The notes under the pieces are model-generated. The model was not told the origin of the DNA, did no database searches, and saw only the letters and a program-made list of their open reading frames with translations. The translations under genes and the position numbers were made by a program. Positions 37,019 to 46,852 of a stretch of DNA of 64,000 nucleotides are shown one piece after another. The stretch lies in IMG/VR virus record IMGVR_UViG_3300021185_003351, positions 64,001 to 128,000 of that record; one strand, 5' to 3'. The stretch comes from a virus. Within the stretch, counting starts at the first letter, position 1, and each line of letters starts with the position of its first letter.

Positions 37019-38067
37019 TGAATAAATATCAAGAATTATTTAAGCAACTTCAAAAAGAAAAAGAAAGTATTAATCAGAGTCCTGATGATCATATTATGAT
37101 TTTTGATGGACTCAATACTTTTATTAGATCATTTTCAGCAACTCCTTCAACTAACGAAGATGGAGAACATATAGGAGGGATTACAGGATTTTTATATAGC
37201 ATTGGAAAATGTGTTAGAGATTTTAAGCCTTCTAGATGTATCATTGTATTTGATGGGGTTGGTGGATCTAAACGAAGAAAAAAGATTTATAAAGATTATA
37301 AAGGTAATCGTGTTAATAAAACAAGATTGCGAAGACATGATCATCATATGCCTAGTATAGAACATGAGCAAGAAGCTATGAGACATCAATTCAGCAGATT
37401 AGTTTCATATTTAGATGCATTACCAGTTACATTTTTATCAATGGATGGAATTGAAGCAGATGACACAATTGCATATATTACTGAAATGTATGAAGCTAAA
37501 AGTAAAAAAATGACAATTGTATCAACTGATAGAGATTTTTATCAATTAATTAATGATAAAATTCAAATTTGGTCTCCTATTAAAAAGAAATTATATGATA
37601 CAGAAAAATTATTAGATGAGTTTCAGGTACATCCTAAAAACTATGTATTATATAGAGCATTTACAGGTGATAAGTCAGATAATATTCCTGGAGTAATGGG
37701 AATTGGTCCAAAAACTTTATTAAAACATGTTCCTAACTTGGATAAAGAACAAGAATATGAATTAGATGATTTATGGGAAACATGTTATAATAATGTAACA
37801 GAATCAAAAACATATAATAAAATAATAGATAACAAAAATATTATTTCAGATAATTGGAAACTAATGAATCTAAAACTATTAGATATTCCAGCACAAACAA
37901 AAAGTAATATTAGAAAAATTATGGAATCATCAGTATCAGAATTAAATAAGATTGAATTTAGAAGATTATTTATGGAAGACAAAATGTGGTCTGTAATGAA
38001 AAATATGCCAGACTGGTTAAATAACACCTGGTTATCATTGAGTGCATTTGCACAAAAAACAAAATAA
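37018..38067 (+). CDS. 5'-3' exonuclease / flap endonuclease (T4 RNase H-like)
   Basis: IFDGLN, YKGNR, EADDTI, STDRDF, GDKSDNIPGVMGIGPKT. Confidence 0.92.
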   Translation: MNKYQELFKQLQKEKESINQSPDDHIMIFDGLNTFIRSFSATPSTNEDGEHIGGITGFLYSIGKCVRDFKPSRCIIVFDGVGGSKRRKKIYKDYKGNRVNKTRLRRHDHHMPSIEHEQEAMRHQFSRLVSYLDALPVTFLSMDGIEADDTIAYITEMYEAKSKKMTIVSTDRDFYQLINDKIQIWSPIKKKLYDTEKLLDEFQVHPKNYVLYRAFTGDKSDNIPGVMGIGPKTLLKHVPNLDKEQEYELDDLWETCYNNVTESKTYNKIIDNKNIISDNWKLMNLKLLDIPAQTKSNIRKIMESSVSELNKIEFRRLFMEDKMWSVMKNMPDWLNNTWLSLSAFAQKTK

Positions 38068-38068
38068 A

Positions 38069-38098
38069 TTGGATTTATTATTTATTTTTTATATAATA
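38069..38098 (+). promoter_or_regulatory. Putative early/middle promoter TTGGA-N17-ATATAATA
   Basis: Bipartite motif upstream of the helicase gene. Confidence 0.5.
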
Positions 38099-38102
38099 AT
38101 TT

Positions 38103-39458
38103 ATGACAGATAAGTTAAGTGAGTATGGATGGTCGTTTCAAATTAAAGTTTTGGCAGCTATGTTTGTGGATAGAACATTTTTACAACAAATTGCTGATAT
38201 TATACAGTCAGAGTATTTCGAATCTGATGCTAATAGTTGGTTATTAGATATATTACTAGAACATTTCCGTGAGTATAAAACTCCACCTTCAAAAGATGTA
38301 TTAAAAGTTAAAGTAACAGAAATAGATAATGATGTTCTTAAAACTGCAATATTAGAACAATTAAAAGAAGTATTTCGATTTATGGAGTCAGATGATTTAG
38401 ACTTTGTTAAAAATGAAATACTTAAGTTTTGTAAGAATCAAGAAATTAAGCGAGCAATAATGGATTCGGTTAATTTGCTCAAAATGGGTAGTTATGATGA
38501 AATTAAAAGTAAAATAGATTCAGCAATGAAAGCTGGTGCTGACACTGACATCGGTCATGAATATAAAAAAGATGTTATTGCTAGATATACTGAATCAGCT
38601 AGAAACACTATTAGCACCGGATGGGATGTAATAGATGATTTAATGGATGGTGGATTAGCTGCCGGCGAATTAGGAGTAGTTATGGCTCCAGCTGGTATTG
38701 GGAAATCATGGATGCTTATTAATATAGGAGCAAATGCTGTTAAAAAAGGTAAAACAGTTATACACTATACGTTAGAGTTAAATGATAATTATGTAGGTCA
38801 ACGTTATGATTCTGTAGTTACTGGTATTGCTGCTCAGAATTTAAAAAATTACACTGATGATATACAAGAAAAATTAGAGACATTATCTGGAGAATTAATT
38901 ATAAAATATTATCCAACTAAGTCTACTGGTGTTATGGGAATAAAAGCACATATTGAAAAAACAATTATGCTAGGAAATACTCCAGATTTAATTGTAATAG
39001 ATTATGGTGATTTATTAAAAGTAAATACTAAAAAAGATAAGCATGAAGCTTTAGAAGAGTTATATGAAGAAATGCGAGGTATGGCCGGGGAATATAATGT
39101 TCCAGTTTGGACAGCATCTCAAGCAGGTAGATCTGCATTAGAAGATGATGTTATTGAAGCAGATAAAATTGCATCATCATATGGTAAAGTAATGGTTGCA
39201 GATTTCTTAATGTCATTATCAAGAAAAGTTGAAGATAAATTATCTGGTACTGGTAGAGGCCATGTTATTAAAAATAGATTTGGCCCAGATGGTATTACAT
39301 TACCAAGTAAAATTAACACAAATAACGGGCAGTTTGATTTCTTTGAGCCACAAACATCTCAAGGAAGACAGACTACCCAAACAATGAAAACAGGAGAAAC
39401 ATTGGTAAAGAAAAATTTAGCACAAAAATTTAAAGATTTAGGCGGAAGTTTAGGATAA
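38103..39458 (+). CDS. Replicative DnaB-like helicase (T4 gp41-like)
   Basis: Walker A APAGIGKS, HYTLEL, IVIDYGDLL, PVWTASQ, KNRFG. Confidence 0.92.
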   Translation: MTDKLSEYGWSFQIKVLAAMFVDRTFLQQIADIIQSEYFESDANSWLLDILLEHFREYKTPPSKDVLKVKVTEIDNDVLKTAILEQLKEVFRFMESDDLDFVKNEILKFCKNQEIKRAIMDSVNLLKMGSYDEIKSKIDSAMKAGADTDIGHEYKKDVIARYTESARNTISTGWDVIDDLMDGGLAAGELGVVMAPAGIGKSWMLINIGANAVKKGKTVIHYTLELNDNYVGQRYDSVVTGIAAQNLKNYTDDIQEKLETLSGELIIKYYPTKSTGVMGIKAHIEKTIMLGNTPDLIVIDYGDLLKVNTKKDKHEALEELYEEMRGMAGEYNVPVWTASQAGRSALEDDVIEADKIASSYGKVMVADFLMSLSRKVEDKLSGTGRGHVIKNRFGPDGITLPSKINTNNGQFDFFEPQTSQGRQTTQTMKTGETLVKKNLAQKFKDLGGSLG

Positions 39459-39463
39459 CATTT

Positions 39464-39477
39464 ATATTTATATTAAA
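39464..39477 (+). promoter_or_regulatory. Putative late promoter motif ATATTTATATTAAA
   Basis: Exact copy of the motif, upstream of nrdJ. Confidence 0.45.
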
Positions 39478-39484
39478 TTAATCT

Positions 39485-39510
39485 TAGACCTCTATAAGGG
39501 GTCTATTTTT
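39485..39510 (+). terminator. Stem-loop with T tail (terminator-like)
   Basis: TAGACCTC-TATAA-GGGGTCTA-TTTTT between the helicase gene and nrdJ. Confidence 0.6.
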
Positions 39511-39537
39511 GTCTAAAATAAAAAAAGTAGGAGTCAT

Positions 39538-41397
39538 ATGAACATATCAAATAAAATTTTATCAGATATAACAGTATACATGAAGTATGCAAAATTTATA
39601 CCAGAATTAAACAGAAGAGAAACTTGGGAAGAGTTAGTTACACGTAATAAGAATATGCATATTAAAAGATATCCTGCTTTAACAGATGAAATTGAAGATG
39701 TTTATAAATTAGTATATTCTAAAAAAATACTTCCTTCGATGAGATCGTTACAATTTGGTGGTAAACCAATTGAAATATCTCCTAATAGAGTTTATAATTG
39801 TGCTTACCTACCTATAGATCATATTGATGCATTTAGCGAAACAATGTTTTTATTATTAGGCGGAACTGGAGTAGGATATTCAGTTCAACGACACCATGTA
39901 ACAAATTTACCTCCAGTAAATAAACCATATCAAAAAAGAAAAAGAAGATTTTTAATTGGCGATAGTATTGAAGGCTGGGCAGATGCAATTAAAGTGTTAA
40001 TGAAGTCATATTTAAATGGTAAAAGTTCAAGAATAGAATTTGATTATTCTGATATTAGAGCCAAAGGCGCCCAACTAGTTACATCTGGTGGCAAAGCACC
40101 GGGACCGCAACCATTAAAAGAATGCATTCTTAAGATAACAGGTATATTAGAATCAAAAGAAGATGGTGATAAATTATCAACATTAGAAACTCATGACATA
40201 GTTTGTCATATAGCAGACGCAGTTTTAGCAGGAGGTATTAGAAGAGCAGCTTTGATTAGTTTGTTTTCTGCAGATGATGATGCTATGATAGGATGTAAAG
40301 CAGGACATTGGTGGGAAGAAGCTCCGCAAAGAGGTAGAGCTAATAACTCAGCTGTGTTAATGAGACACAAAGTAACTAAAGAGTTCTTTATGGAGTTATG
40401 GAAAAGAGTTGAATTATCAGGAGCAGGAGAGCCTGGCATATATTTAAACAACGACAAAGATTGGGGAACTAATCCATGTTGTGAAATAGCATTAAGACCT
40501 TTTCAATTCTGCAATTTATGTGAAGTAAATGCTTCAGATATTGAATCGCAGGATGATTTAAATAAACGAGTAAAAGCTGCTTCGTTTATAGGAACATTAC
40601 AAGCAGGTTACACTGACTTTCATTATTTAAGGGACATATGGAGAGAAACAACAGAAAAAGATGCTCTGATAGGAGTATCTATGACGGGAATCGGTTCTGG
40701 CACCGTTCTAGGTTACGACTTGAAGAAAGCCGCTCAATTAGTAAAACGAGAAAACGTAAGAGTCGCCAAACTAATTGGTATAAATCCTGCAGCTAGATGT
40801 ACGACAGTTAAACCAGCTGGAACAACATCTCTAGCATTAGGAACTTCATCTGGCATTCATGCATGGCACAATGATTATTATATCAGAAGAGTTAGGGTTG
40901 GAAAAAATGAGTCAATGTATAAGCACTTAAGTGTACATCATCCAGAATTAATTGAAGATGAATATTTTAGACCACATGATACAGCTGTGATTAGTATACC
41001 ACAAAAAGCACCAGATGGAGCAATAATGCGAACAGAGTCTCCATTTCAATTGTTAGAAAGAATTAAAAAAATAGCAATGGAATGGGTAGTTCCAGGACAT
41101 AGAAATGGATCTAATACTCATAATGTTTCAGCAACTGTTAGTTTGAAAGCAGAAGAATGGGAAACAGCAGGAGATTGGATGTGGGATAATAGAAAACATT
41201 ATAATGGTCTATCTGTATTACCGTATGACGGAGGAACATATACCCAAGCGCCTTTCGAAGATATAACAGAAGACAAATATAACGAATTAATGGAAACGTT
41301 GAAAGATGTAGATTTAACTCAAATTATTGAAACTGAAGATGAAACAGATTTAGCAGGAGAGTTAGCTTGTGCTGGTGGAGCGTGTGAGATACAATAA
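39538..41397 (+). CDS. nrdJ: Class II (adenosylcobalamin-dependent) ribonucleotide reductase
   Basis: PSMRSLQFGG, YNCAY, GIRRAA, TNPCCEIAL, TTVKPAGTTS, C-terminal ACAGGACE; no beta subunit gene adjacent. Confidence 0.88.
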   Translation: MNISNKILSDITVYMKYAKFIPELNRRETWEELVTRNKNMHIKRYPALTDEIEDVYKLVYSKKILPSMRSLQFGGKPIEISPNRVYNCAYLPIDHIDAFSETMFLLLGGTGVGYSVQRHHVTNLPPVNKPYQKRKRRFLIGDSIEGWADAIKVLMKSYLNGKSSRIEFDYSDIRAKGAQLVTSGGKAPGPQPLKECILKITGILESKEDGDKLSTLETHDIVCHIADAVLAGGIRRAALISLFSADDDAMIGCKAGHWWEEAPQRGRANNSAVLMRHKVTKEFFMELWKRVELSGAGEPGIYLNNDKDWGTNPCCEIALRPFQFCNLCEVNASDIESQDDLNKRVKAASFIGTLQAGYTDFHYLRDIWRETTEKDALIGVSMTGIGSGTVLGYDLKKAAQLVKRENVRVAKLIGINPAARCTTVKPAGTTSLALGTSSGIHAWHNDYYIRRVRVGKNESMYKHLSVHHPELIEDEYFRPHDTAVISIPQKAPDGAIMRTESPFQLLERIKKIAMEWVVPGHRNGSNTHNVSATVSLKAEEWETAGDWMWDNRKHYNGLSVLPYDGGTYTQAPFEDITEDKYNELMETLKDVDLTQIIETEDETDLAGELACAGGACEIQ

Positions 41398-41555
41398 TGA
41401 GAGCAGACGACTGGATATCAGAACTAGATCTCAAAGAAAAAATTAATTCGTTACAGGATTTCTATTGGGAAGGTGGAATGATGATAATGACAAAACAATA
41501 TCATTTGAAACGAGGATATTGTTGCACAAATGGCTGCTATCATTGTCCATATTAA
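41397..41555 (+). CDS. Small Cys-rich protein (DUF5522-like), 52 aa, not in the ORF track
   Basis: Translated by hand: MRADDW...YHLKRGYCCTNGCYHCPY; TAATG coupling to nrdJ. Confidence 0.75.
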   Translation: MRADDWISELDLKEKINSLQDFYWEGGMMIMTKQYHLKRGYCCTNGCYHCPY

Positions 41556-41556
41556 T

Positions 41557-41586
41557 TTGGATAATTAATATAATTTTATTATAATA
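41557..41586 (+). promoter_or_regulatory. Putative early/middle promoter TTGGA-N17-TTATAATA
   Basis: Heads the operon containing folE-queD-queE. Confidence 0.6.
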
Positions 41587-41597
41587 AAATAAAAAGA

Positions 41598-41909
41598 ATG
41601 AGTTTTAATTTCTTAAATCCATCTGATGTAGATAGAAGCATGTTTTTTCGATGTGTAAAAATACTTTCAAAAAAAGATGGTATTGATCTTCATATATTAA
41701 ATGATGCGGTTATGAAAGAATATAACAGAACTATCAATGAATTTTTATCATATTTAATTTCAGTTGGAGAACAACTAGAAGAATATGAAAAATGTAGTGA
41801 GTTAATATTACAGCAAAAAAAATATAAAAAGTGGTTAACAGTTAATTTAGAAACAGTTAAATCGATTTCAAACTTATTAAAAGACTTAAAACATAAATAT
41901 GACAACTAA
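41598..41909 (+). CDS. Hypothetical protein with a UvrB/C-like helical motif
   Basis: LEEYEKCSEL segment. Confidence 0.45.
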   Translation: MSFNFLNPSDVDRSMFFRCVKILSKKDGIDLHILNDAVMKEYNRTINEFLSYLISVGEQLEEYEKCSELILQQKKYKKWLTVNLETVKSISNLLKDLKHKYDN

Positions 41910-42558
41910 AAAAAGTATTGAATTAGTAAAAGAAGGATTTGCAAATGGTGTAGCATCCGGAGGCCCATTAGATGATTATCAAAAAAATGATATGATTCAA
42001 AAAGCTGCAAAAGCGTATGGTGAGTTTTTAGATGCTTTAAAATGCGATTGGAGAAATGATCCTAATTCAAATGATACTCCTAGAAGAGTAGCAAAAGCAT
42101 ATGTAAATGATTTATGGGCTGGAAGATATAATGGAGCTCCTAATATTACAGCATTTCCATCTGATGGATATGATGGTATGGTATTTGAAGGTGGTATTCC
42201 ATTAACATCAATGTGTTCTCACCATCATCAAACTATTATGGGTAAAGTTCATGTAGCTTATATTCCAGGTAAAGACAGTAAAGTTATTGGATTATCAAAA
42301 TTAAATAGATTAGTAGAACATTTTGGTAGAAGAGGAGCAATACAAGAACAATTAACAGTTGCAATTCATAATTCAATTAATACTATTATTAATGATAATA
42401 ATGGTGTTGCTGTTATGATAGATGCAACTCATAATTGTGTTTCATGTAGAGGAGTTAAACATGGCGGAGCATCAATGAAAACAAGTAAGCTTACAGGCGC
42501 ATTTAAAAATGATCCTGCAACTAGAAATGAGTTTTATGAATTTATAAGAAGTTATTAA
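41899..42558 (+). CDS. folE: GTP cyclohydrolase I
   Basis: DTPRRVAKAY, SMCSHH, GLSKLNR, IQEQLT, HNCVSCRG. Confidence 0.95.
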   Translation: MTTKKSIELVKEGFANGVASGGPLDDYQKNDMIQKAAKAYGEFLDALKCDWRNDPNSNDTPRRVAKAYVNDLWAGRYNGAPNITAFPSDGYDGMVFEGGIPLTSMCSHHHQTIMGKVHVAYIPGKDSKVIGLSKLNRLVEHFGRRGAIQEQLTVAIHNSINTIINDNNGVAVMIDATHNCVSCRGVKHGGASMKTSKLTGAFKNDPATRNEFYEFIRSY

Positions 42559-42713
42559 TGAATCAACCAAATGCAAAAAAACATCAAACAATAAGTTTTA
42601 TTAAAAGTTGTATTAGAATAATAGGTTATTTTTTTATACCATTTAGTTTAATAACAGCAACAATAATATTAGTAATAAGTGAAATTATAGGAATAATAGA
42701 AGAATTAGTATAA
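42558..42713 (+). CDS. Small membrane protein, 51 aa, not in the ORF track
   Basis: MNQPNAKKHQTISFIKSCIRIIGYFFIPFSLITATIILVISEIIGIIEELV; exact TAATG coupling at both ends. Confidence 0.7.
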   Translation: MNQPNAKKHQTISFIKSCIRIIGYFFIPFSLITATIILVISEIIGIIEELV

Positions 42714-43180
42714 TGAGTAAATTTAAATCAACAAAAATATTTGACGGATTTAGTACAGTATTTCGTCAATTTGGAGCTATTGAAACACACTGCAGATTTT
42801 TACATGGATATGCAATTGAATTTAAAGTAACATTTGAAGGAGAATTAGATCACAGAAATTGGGTATGGGATTTCGGAGGAATGAAAAGGTCTAAAACAAA
42901 AATTGATGGAATGTCTGCAAAAGAATGGATGGATTATATGTTTGATCATACTACAATAATAGCAGAAGATGATCCATACCTAGAAACATTTTTAAAAATG
43001 CAAGATGATGGACTTATTCAATTAAGAGTTATGGAAGGACCGACTGGAGCAGAAAAGTTTGCAGAATACATATTTAATAAATTAAATGATTTTGTAAAAG
43101 AAGAAACTACAGATAGAGTAAAAATAGCTCGAGTAGAATTTTTTGAAAATAAAAAAAATACAGCTATATATGGAGAATAA
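42713..43180 (+). CDS. queD: 6-carboxy-5,6,7,8-tetrahydropterin synthase
   Basis: HCRFLHGY, WVWDFG, FDHTT, GAEKFAEY. Confidence 0.9.
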   Translation: MSKFKSTKIFDGFSTVFRQFGAIETHCRFLHGYAIEFKVTFEGELDHRNWVWDFGGMKRSKTKIDGMSAKEWMDYMFDHTTIIAEDDPYLETFLKMQDDGLIQLRVMEGPTGAEKFAEYIFNKLNDFVKEETTDRVKIARVEFFENKKNTAIYGE

Positions 43181-44033
43181 CCTAATATATGAATCTCCTA
43201 ATGGAGGCAAAACAGTATATCAACGAGAAATTGGATCTTCTAAAAGAAAGATACAAAGTAGATTAAAAAGAATAGAAGATTATAATAAAGTATTACCAGT
43301 TTTAGAAGTATATAGATGTGTACAATCAGAAGGTTCTAGATTTGGTAGACCAACTATTGCAGTTAGAACTACAGGCTGTACCCATAGATGTTATTTTGGA
43401 GAAGGCGGTTGGTGTGATTCTTGGTATACAAGCATTCACCCAGAAAAAGGTACATTTACTTTTAATGATATTATTAAGATATATGATGATAATCCCCATG
43501 TAAAGGAAATGATGTTAACAGGTGGTTCACCTACAATGCATCCTGCTTTAGTAAATGAAATAACACATTTTGCAAATGAAAGAAACATTTTGGTTACAAT
43601 TGAAACAGAAGGCTCTCACTTTCTTGAAACAGACTATCCTTTGGATCTTATTAGTCTTAGTCCTAAATTTAGTAACAGTGTGCCTGTACTTGGTGCTGTT
43701 ACACCTAACGGGGCTATCGCCGATGAGCGAATGATTAAAGTTCACAATAGACTTAGATTAAATAAGGAAGCTATTAGTAAAACAATTGCATATCATAAAG
43801 ATTATCATTTCAAGCCAGTATGGGATGGCACAAATGAAAATCTAGAAGAAATTGAGACATTTAGAGTTGAAATGGATATTCCAAAAAATAAAACATTTAT
43901 AATGCCAGCTGGTGATACTAGAGAAACATTAGTAAAAATGTATCCATTAGTATTTGAATTATGTGCTGAAAAAGGATATAATATGACAGGTAGAGACCAC
44001 ATTATAGCATATGACACAGAAAGAGGAGTGTAA
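43170..44033 (+). CDS. queE: 7-carboxy-7-deazaguanine synthase (radical SAM)
   Basis: VQSEG, RTTGCTHRCYFGEGGWCDS, LTGGSP, IETEG, SLSPK; likely start is the ATG at 43170. Confidence 0.9.
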   Translation: MENNLIYESPNGGKTVYQREIGSSKRKIQSRLKRIEDYNKVLPVLEVYRCVQSEGSRFGRPTIAVRTTGCTHRCYFGEGGWCDSWYTSIHPEKGTFTFNDIIKIYDDNPHVKEMMLTGGSPTMHPALVNEITHFANERNILVTIETEGSHFLETDYPLDLISLSPKFSNSVPVLGAVTPNGAIADERMIKVHNRLRLNKEAISKTIAYHKDYHFKPVWDGTNENLEEIETFRVEMDIPKNKTFIMPAGDTRETLVKMYPLVFELCAEKGYNMTGRDHIIAYDTERGV

Positions 44034-44164
44034 TGGATGAAGCATTATTACTACTGGATGAAATAGAAGAAAATGTTAATATTTGTTGTGCAATAACAAT
44101 GGATCCTGATGAAGTTCAGGAAATGATAGATAAATTACGAAGTATATTAGAAAACATAAAATAA
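44033..44164 (+). CDS. Small acidic hypothetical protein, 43 aa, not in the ORF track
   Basis: MDEALLLLDEIEENVNICCAITMDPDEVQEMIDKLRSILENIK; TAATG coupling to queE. Confidence 0.55.
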   Translation: MDEALLLLDEIEENVNICCAITMDPDEVQEMIDKLRSILENIK

Positions 44165-44174
44165 AGGAAAAGTT

Positions 44175-44471
44175 ATGAAAATGAAACCAATTGGAGATCA
44201 AGTTTTAATAAAAGAACAAGAAAAAGCTGATAAAACAGAAAGTGGAATAATATTAGTAGATGGTATAGACGGAGAATTTATATATGCAGATGTTATATCT
44301 GTAGGTAATGGATTATTTACTCAAACTGGAAATAGAATACCAATGTCAGTCTCTCCGGGAGATACTGTTTTAATACATAAAAATAATACTGGTGCACAAA
44401 AGAAAGTAAAAATTGATGGTACGGAATATATATTAGTAAGAGAAATGGAAATATCCATGGTTTCAAACTAA
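44175..44471 (+). CDS. groES: Co-chaperonin GroES
   Basis: MKPIGDQVLI, KTESGIIL, VISVGNG, PMSVSPGDTVL. Confidence 0.92.
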   Translation: MKMKPIGDQVLIKEQEKADKTESGIILVDGIDGEFIYADVISVGNGLFTQTGNRIPMSVSPGDTVLIHKNNTGAQKKVKIDGTEYILVREMEISMVSN

Positions 44472-44472
44472 T

Positions 44473-45111
44473 ATGTTAAAAATAAAAAAAGATAAAAATG
44501 TTATAAAGTCTAAAATGCCAAAGGGGCAAGCAACTGTTGTAGCATTTATTTATTACATCCTAATAATGTCTTTATATTTTTTATTTACGTCATGTAAAAA
44601 AATAGACGAAAATGGATTTAAAACATATATTATCGATCAAGGAAGTCATTATTCAAATGGTAAACTAGATAAATTATATGGCAATGATAATAAAGAAAAT
44701 TCATGGCAATGGCAAGTTATTTTTGATAGCTCAGCTATATACGAAACGCAGAATCCATTAAATCAATTAGATGTTAATAAATTAATAGGATTTTCAGATT
44801 GCGGAAATCATCATTCAACATCATCTCATCGAATTGGATGGAGATATAATAACGGATTAGAATTATTATCATATAATCGCAATGATGGCAATTTTTTGTT
44901 TCAATCAATTAGTACGATTACTATTAATGACATTATAAATATTGAGATGTCATTCTCAAATGAAACCTATATAGTATGTATAGATGGAATTTGTGACACA
45001 ATGCCAAGATATTGTTCAAATTGGTCCGGTCGTAAGTTTGCACTTTGGCCATATTTTGGAGGAGACGAACCAGCTCCTCATGATATAACGATTAAAATAA
45101 AAAATATATAA
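44473..45111 (+). CDS. Putative lipoprotein with a beta-sandwich domain
   Basis: Hydrophobic stretch followed by LFTSC lipobox; NKLIGFSDC, RIGWRY, PYFGG; the start may be the downstream Met (MPKGQ). Confidence 0.6.
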   Translation: MLKIKKDKNVIKSKMPKGQATVVAFIYYILIMSLYFLFTSCKKIDENGFKTYIIDQGSHYSNGKLDKLYGNDNKENSWQWQVIFDSSAIYETQNPLNQLDVNKLIGFSDCGNHHSTSSHRIGWRYNNGLELLSYNRNDGNFLFQSISTITINDIINIEMSFSNETYIVCIDGICDTMPRYCSNWSGRKFALWPYFGGDEPAPHDITIKIKNI

Positions 45112-45773
45112 TGCCAGATAATAAAGACAAAAATCCTCCGAAAGGAAACATAAAATTTAATATTACATTATCAGATGAACAAAAATTAGCTAAAGCTGAG
45201 ATATTACACCATCCTTACAATTTTATTATAGGTAAGGCTGGAAGTGGAAAAACCTTATTAGCAGTACAGGTTGCATTGGATATGTTTTTTAAAAGAAGTG
45301 TTAATCAAATTATTATTACTAGACCAACTGTATCAAATGAAGATAATGGTTATTTACCTGGATCATTAAATGAAAAAATGGAACCTTGGTTAGTACCAAT
45401 TCGTTCTAATATGAGAAAAGTTTATAATAAACCAGCTATACTTGAAAAAATGGAAAATGATGAAAATATTGAGTTAGTATCGTTATCCCATTTTAGAGGC
45501 AGGACATTTGAAAATGCTTGTGTGATTATAGACGAGTTTCAAAATTTAACTAAACAACAACTAGGGATGGTATTAGGTAGATTAGGTAAAAACTCAACTA
45601 TGATATTAACAGGCGACCCACAACAAATAGATTTAAAATTTGGTAATGACTCAGCTATACATGATGTTCCTAAAGTAAAAGATTCAAAATTTGTTCATGC
45701 TGTTACTTTAAAGGATAATCATCGACATTCAGCACTAAACGAAGTATTGAGATTATTACAATCATATTCATAA
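45111..45773 (+). CDS. phoH: PhoH-family ATPase
   Basis: GKAGSGKT, ITRP, GYLPG, FRGRTF, IIDEFQN, TGDPQQID. Confidence 0.95.
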   Translation: MPDNKDKNPPKGNIKFNITLSDEQKLAKAEILHHPYNFIIGKAGSGKTLLAVQVALDMFFKRSVNQIIITRPTVSNEDNGYLPGSLNEKMEPWLVPIRSNMRKVYNKPAILEKMENDENIELVSLSHFRGRTFENACVIIDEFQNLTKQQLGMVLGRLGKNSTMILTGDPQQIDLKFGNDSAIHDVPKVKDSKFVHAVTLKDNHRHSALNEVLRLLQSYS

Positions 45774-45775
45774 AC

Positions 45776-45805
45776 TTGGATATTACATAATTATTTCTTA
45801 TTATA
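45776..45805 (+). promoter_or_regulatory. Putative early/middle promoter TTGGA-N17-TTATTATA
   Basis: Upstream of uvsE. Confidence 0.6.
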
Positions 45806-45815
45806 TAATAAAAAT

Positions 45816-46850
45816 ATGATTAGATATGGTTATGCATGTGTCAATCAGACACTAACAAGTAGACCCAAGAATGAAGGTGGTAGAGTTACTACTTCAAGGA
45901 CTGCACGTAAAGCTTCTTGGTATCCCGATAATTTACAGCTTATTTCAGATAAAGCATTAGACAATGCTAAAGATTTACTTACTTATCTGAAATGGAATGA
46001 CGACCATGGTATTACTTTATTTCGTGTAGGCTCCGAATTATTTCCATGGCATGATCAATATGAATTACATGATTTACCTGACTTTGAAGAAATTGCTTAT
46101 CACTTGCATGCAGCTGGAGAATTTGCTAGAGACAATGGACATAGACTAACTACTCATCCTGGACCGTTCCATGTATTAGGTTCTCCTAGGCAAGATGTTG
46201 TAGAAAAAAGTATTATTGGTCTAGAACGACACTCTGAAATGTTTGATATTATGGGTTATGAGCCGTCCTTTGAGAATAAGATTAATATACATGTTGCTGG
46301 CGCATATGGTGATCGTGAAGCTACTGCTAAGCGGTGGATCAAGACCTGGAGACGATTATCTGAGTCTTGTAGATCTAGATTAGTACTAGAGAATGATGAT
46401 AAGGCATCTATGTATAGTGTAAGGCATCTATACGAGCTTATACACCAAGAAATTGGTATTCCCATTACATTTGACTATTGGCATCATACCTTTTGTACAG
46501 GCGATTTATCTGAACGTGAGGCATTCTTTATGGCAAGATCTACTTGGGAGAAGTATGGTGTAACTCAATGTACTCATTATTCTGAGTCTAGACGAAACGA
46601 AAAAAAAGCTTTCTTGAATGAAGTATGTAGCAAGCATGGTATTTCGTGGGATGAAATTGATAGCTGGCCTACCTTTGCAAAGTTCAAGAAAGAATTCTCA
46701 AAGATAAAAGAGCCTGCCCATGCAGATTATATTGTGAATACTCCTAATACTTATAATGTTGATAATCTAGACATAGTAGTTGAAGCTAAGGCAAAAGAGT
46801 TAGCTATTTTACCGGTATTGGAAAAACAAAAAGAATTACTTATATTATAA
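45816..46850 (+). CDS. uvsE: UV damage endonuclease
   Basis: RYGYAC, FRVGSELFP, RLTTHPG, LVLENDD, FDYWHH, HYSES, HADY, VEAKAKE. Confidence 0.93.
   Translation: MIRYGYACVNQTLTSRPKNEGGRVTTSRTARKASWYPDNLQLISDKALDNAKDLLTYLKWNDDHGITLFRVGSELFPWHDQYELHDLPDFEEIAYHLHAAGEFARDNGHRLTTHPGPFHVLGSPRQDVVEKSIIGLERHSEMFDIMGYEPSFENKINIHVAGAYGDREATAKRWIKTWRRLSESCRSRLVLENDDKASMYSVRHLYELIHQEIGIPITFDYWHHTFCTGDLSEREAFFMARSTWEKYGVTQCTHYSESRRNEKKAFLNEVCSKHGISWDEIDSWPTFAKFKKEFSKIKEPAHADYIVNTPNTYNVDNLDIVVEAKAKELAILPVLEKQKELLIL
46818..46847 (+). promoter_or_regulatory. Putative early/middle promoter TTGGA-N17-TTATATTA
   Basis: Inside the uvsE 3' end, upstream of the small membrane gene and polB. Confidence 0.45.
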
Positions 46851-46852
46851 TT

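Noticed and set aside
39478-39537. Cobalamin riboswitch upstream of nrdJ
   Set aside because: Only about 60 nt are available and no B12-box is recognisable.
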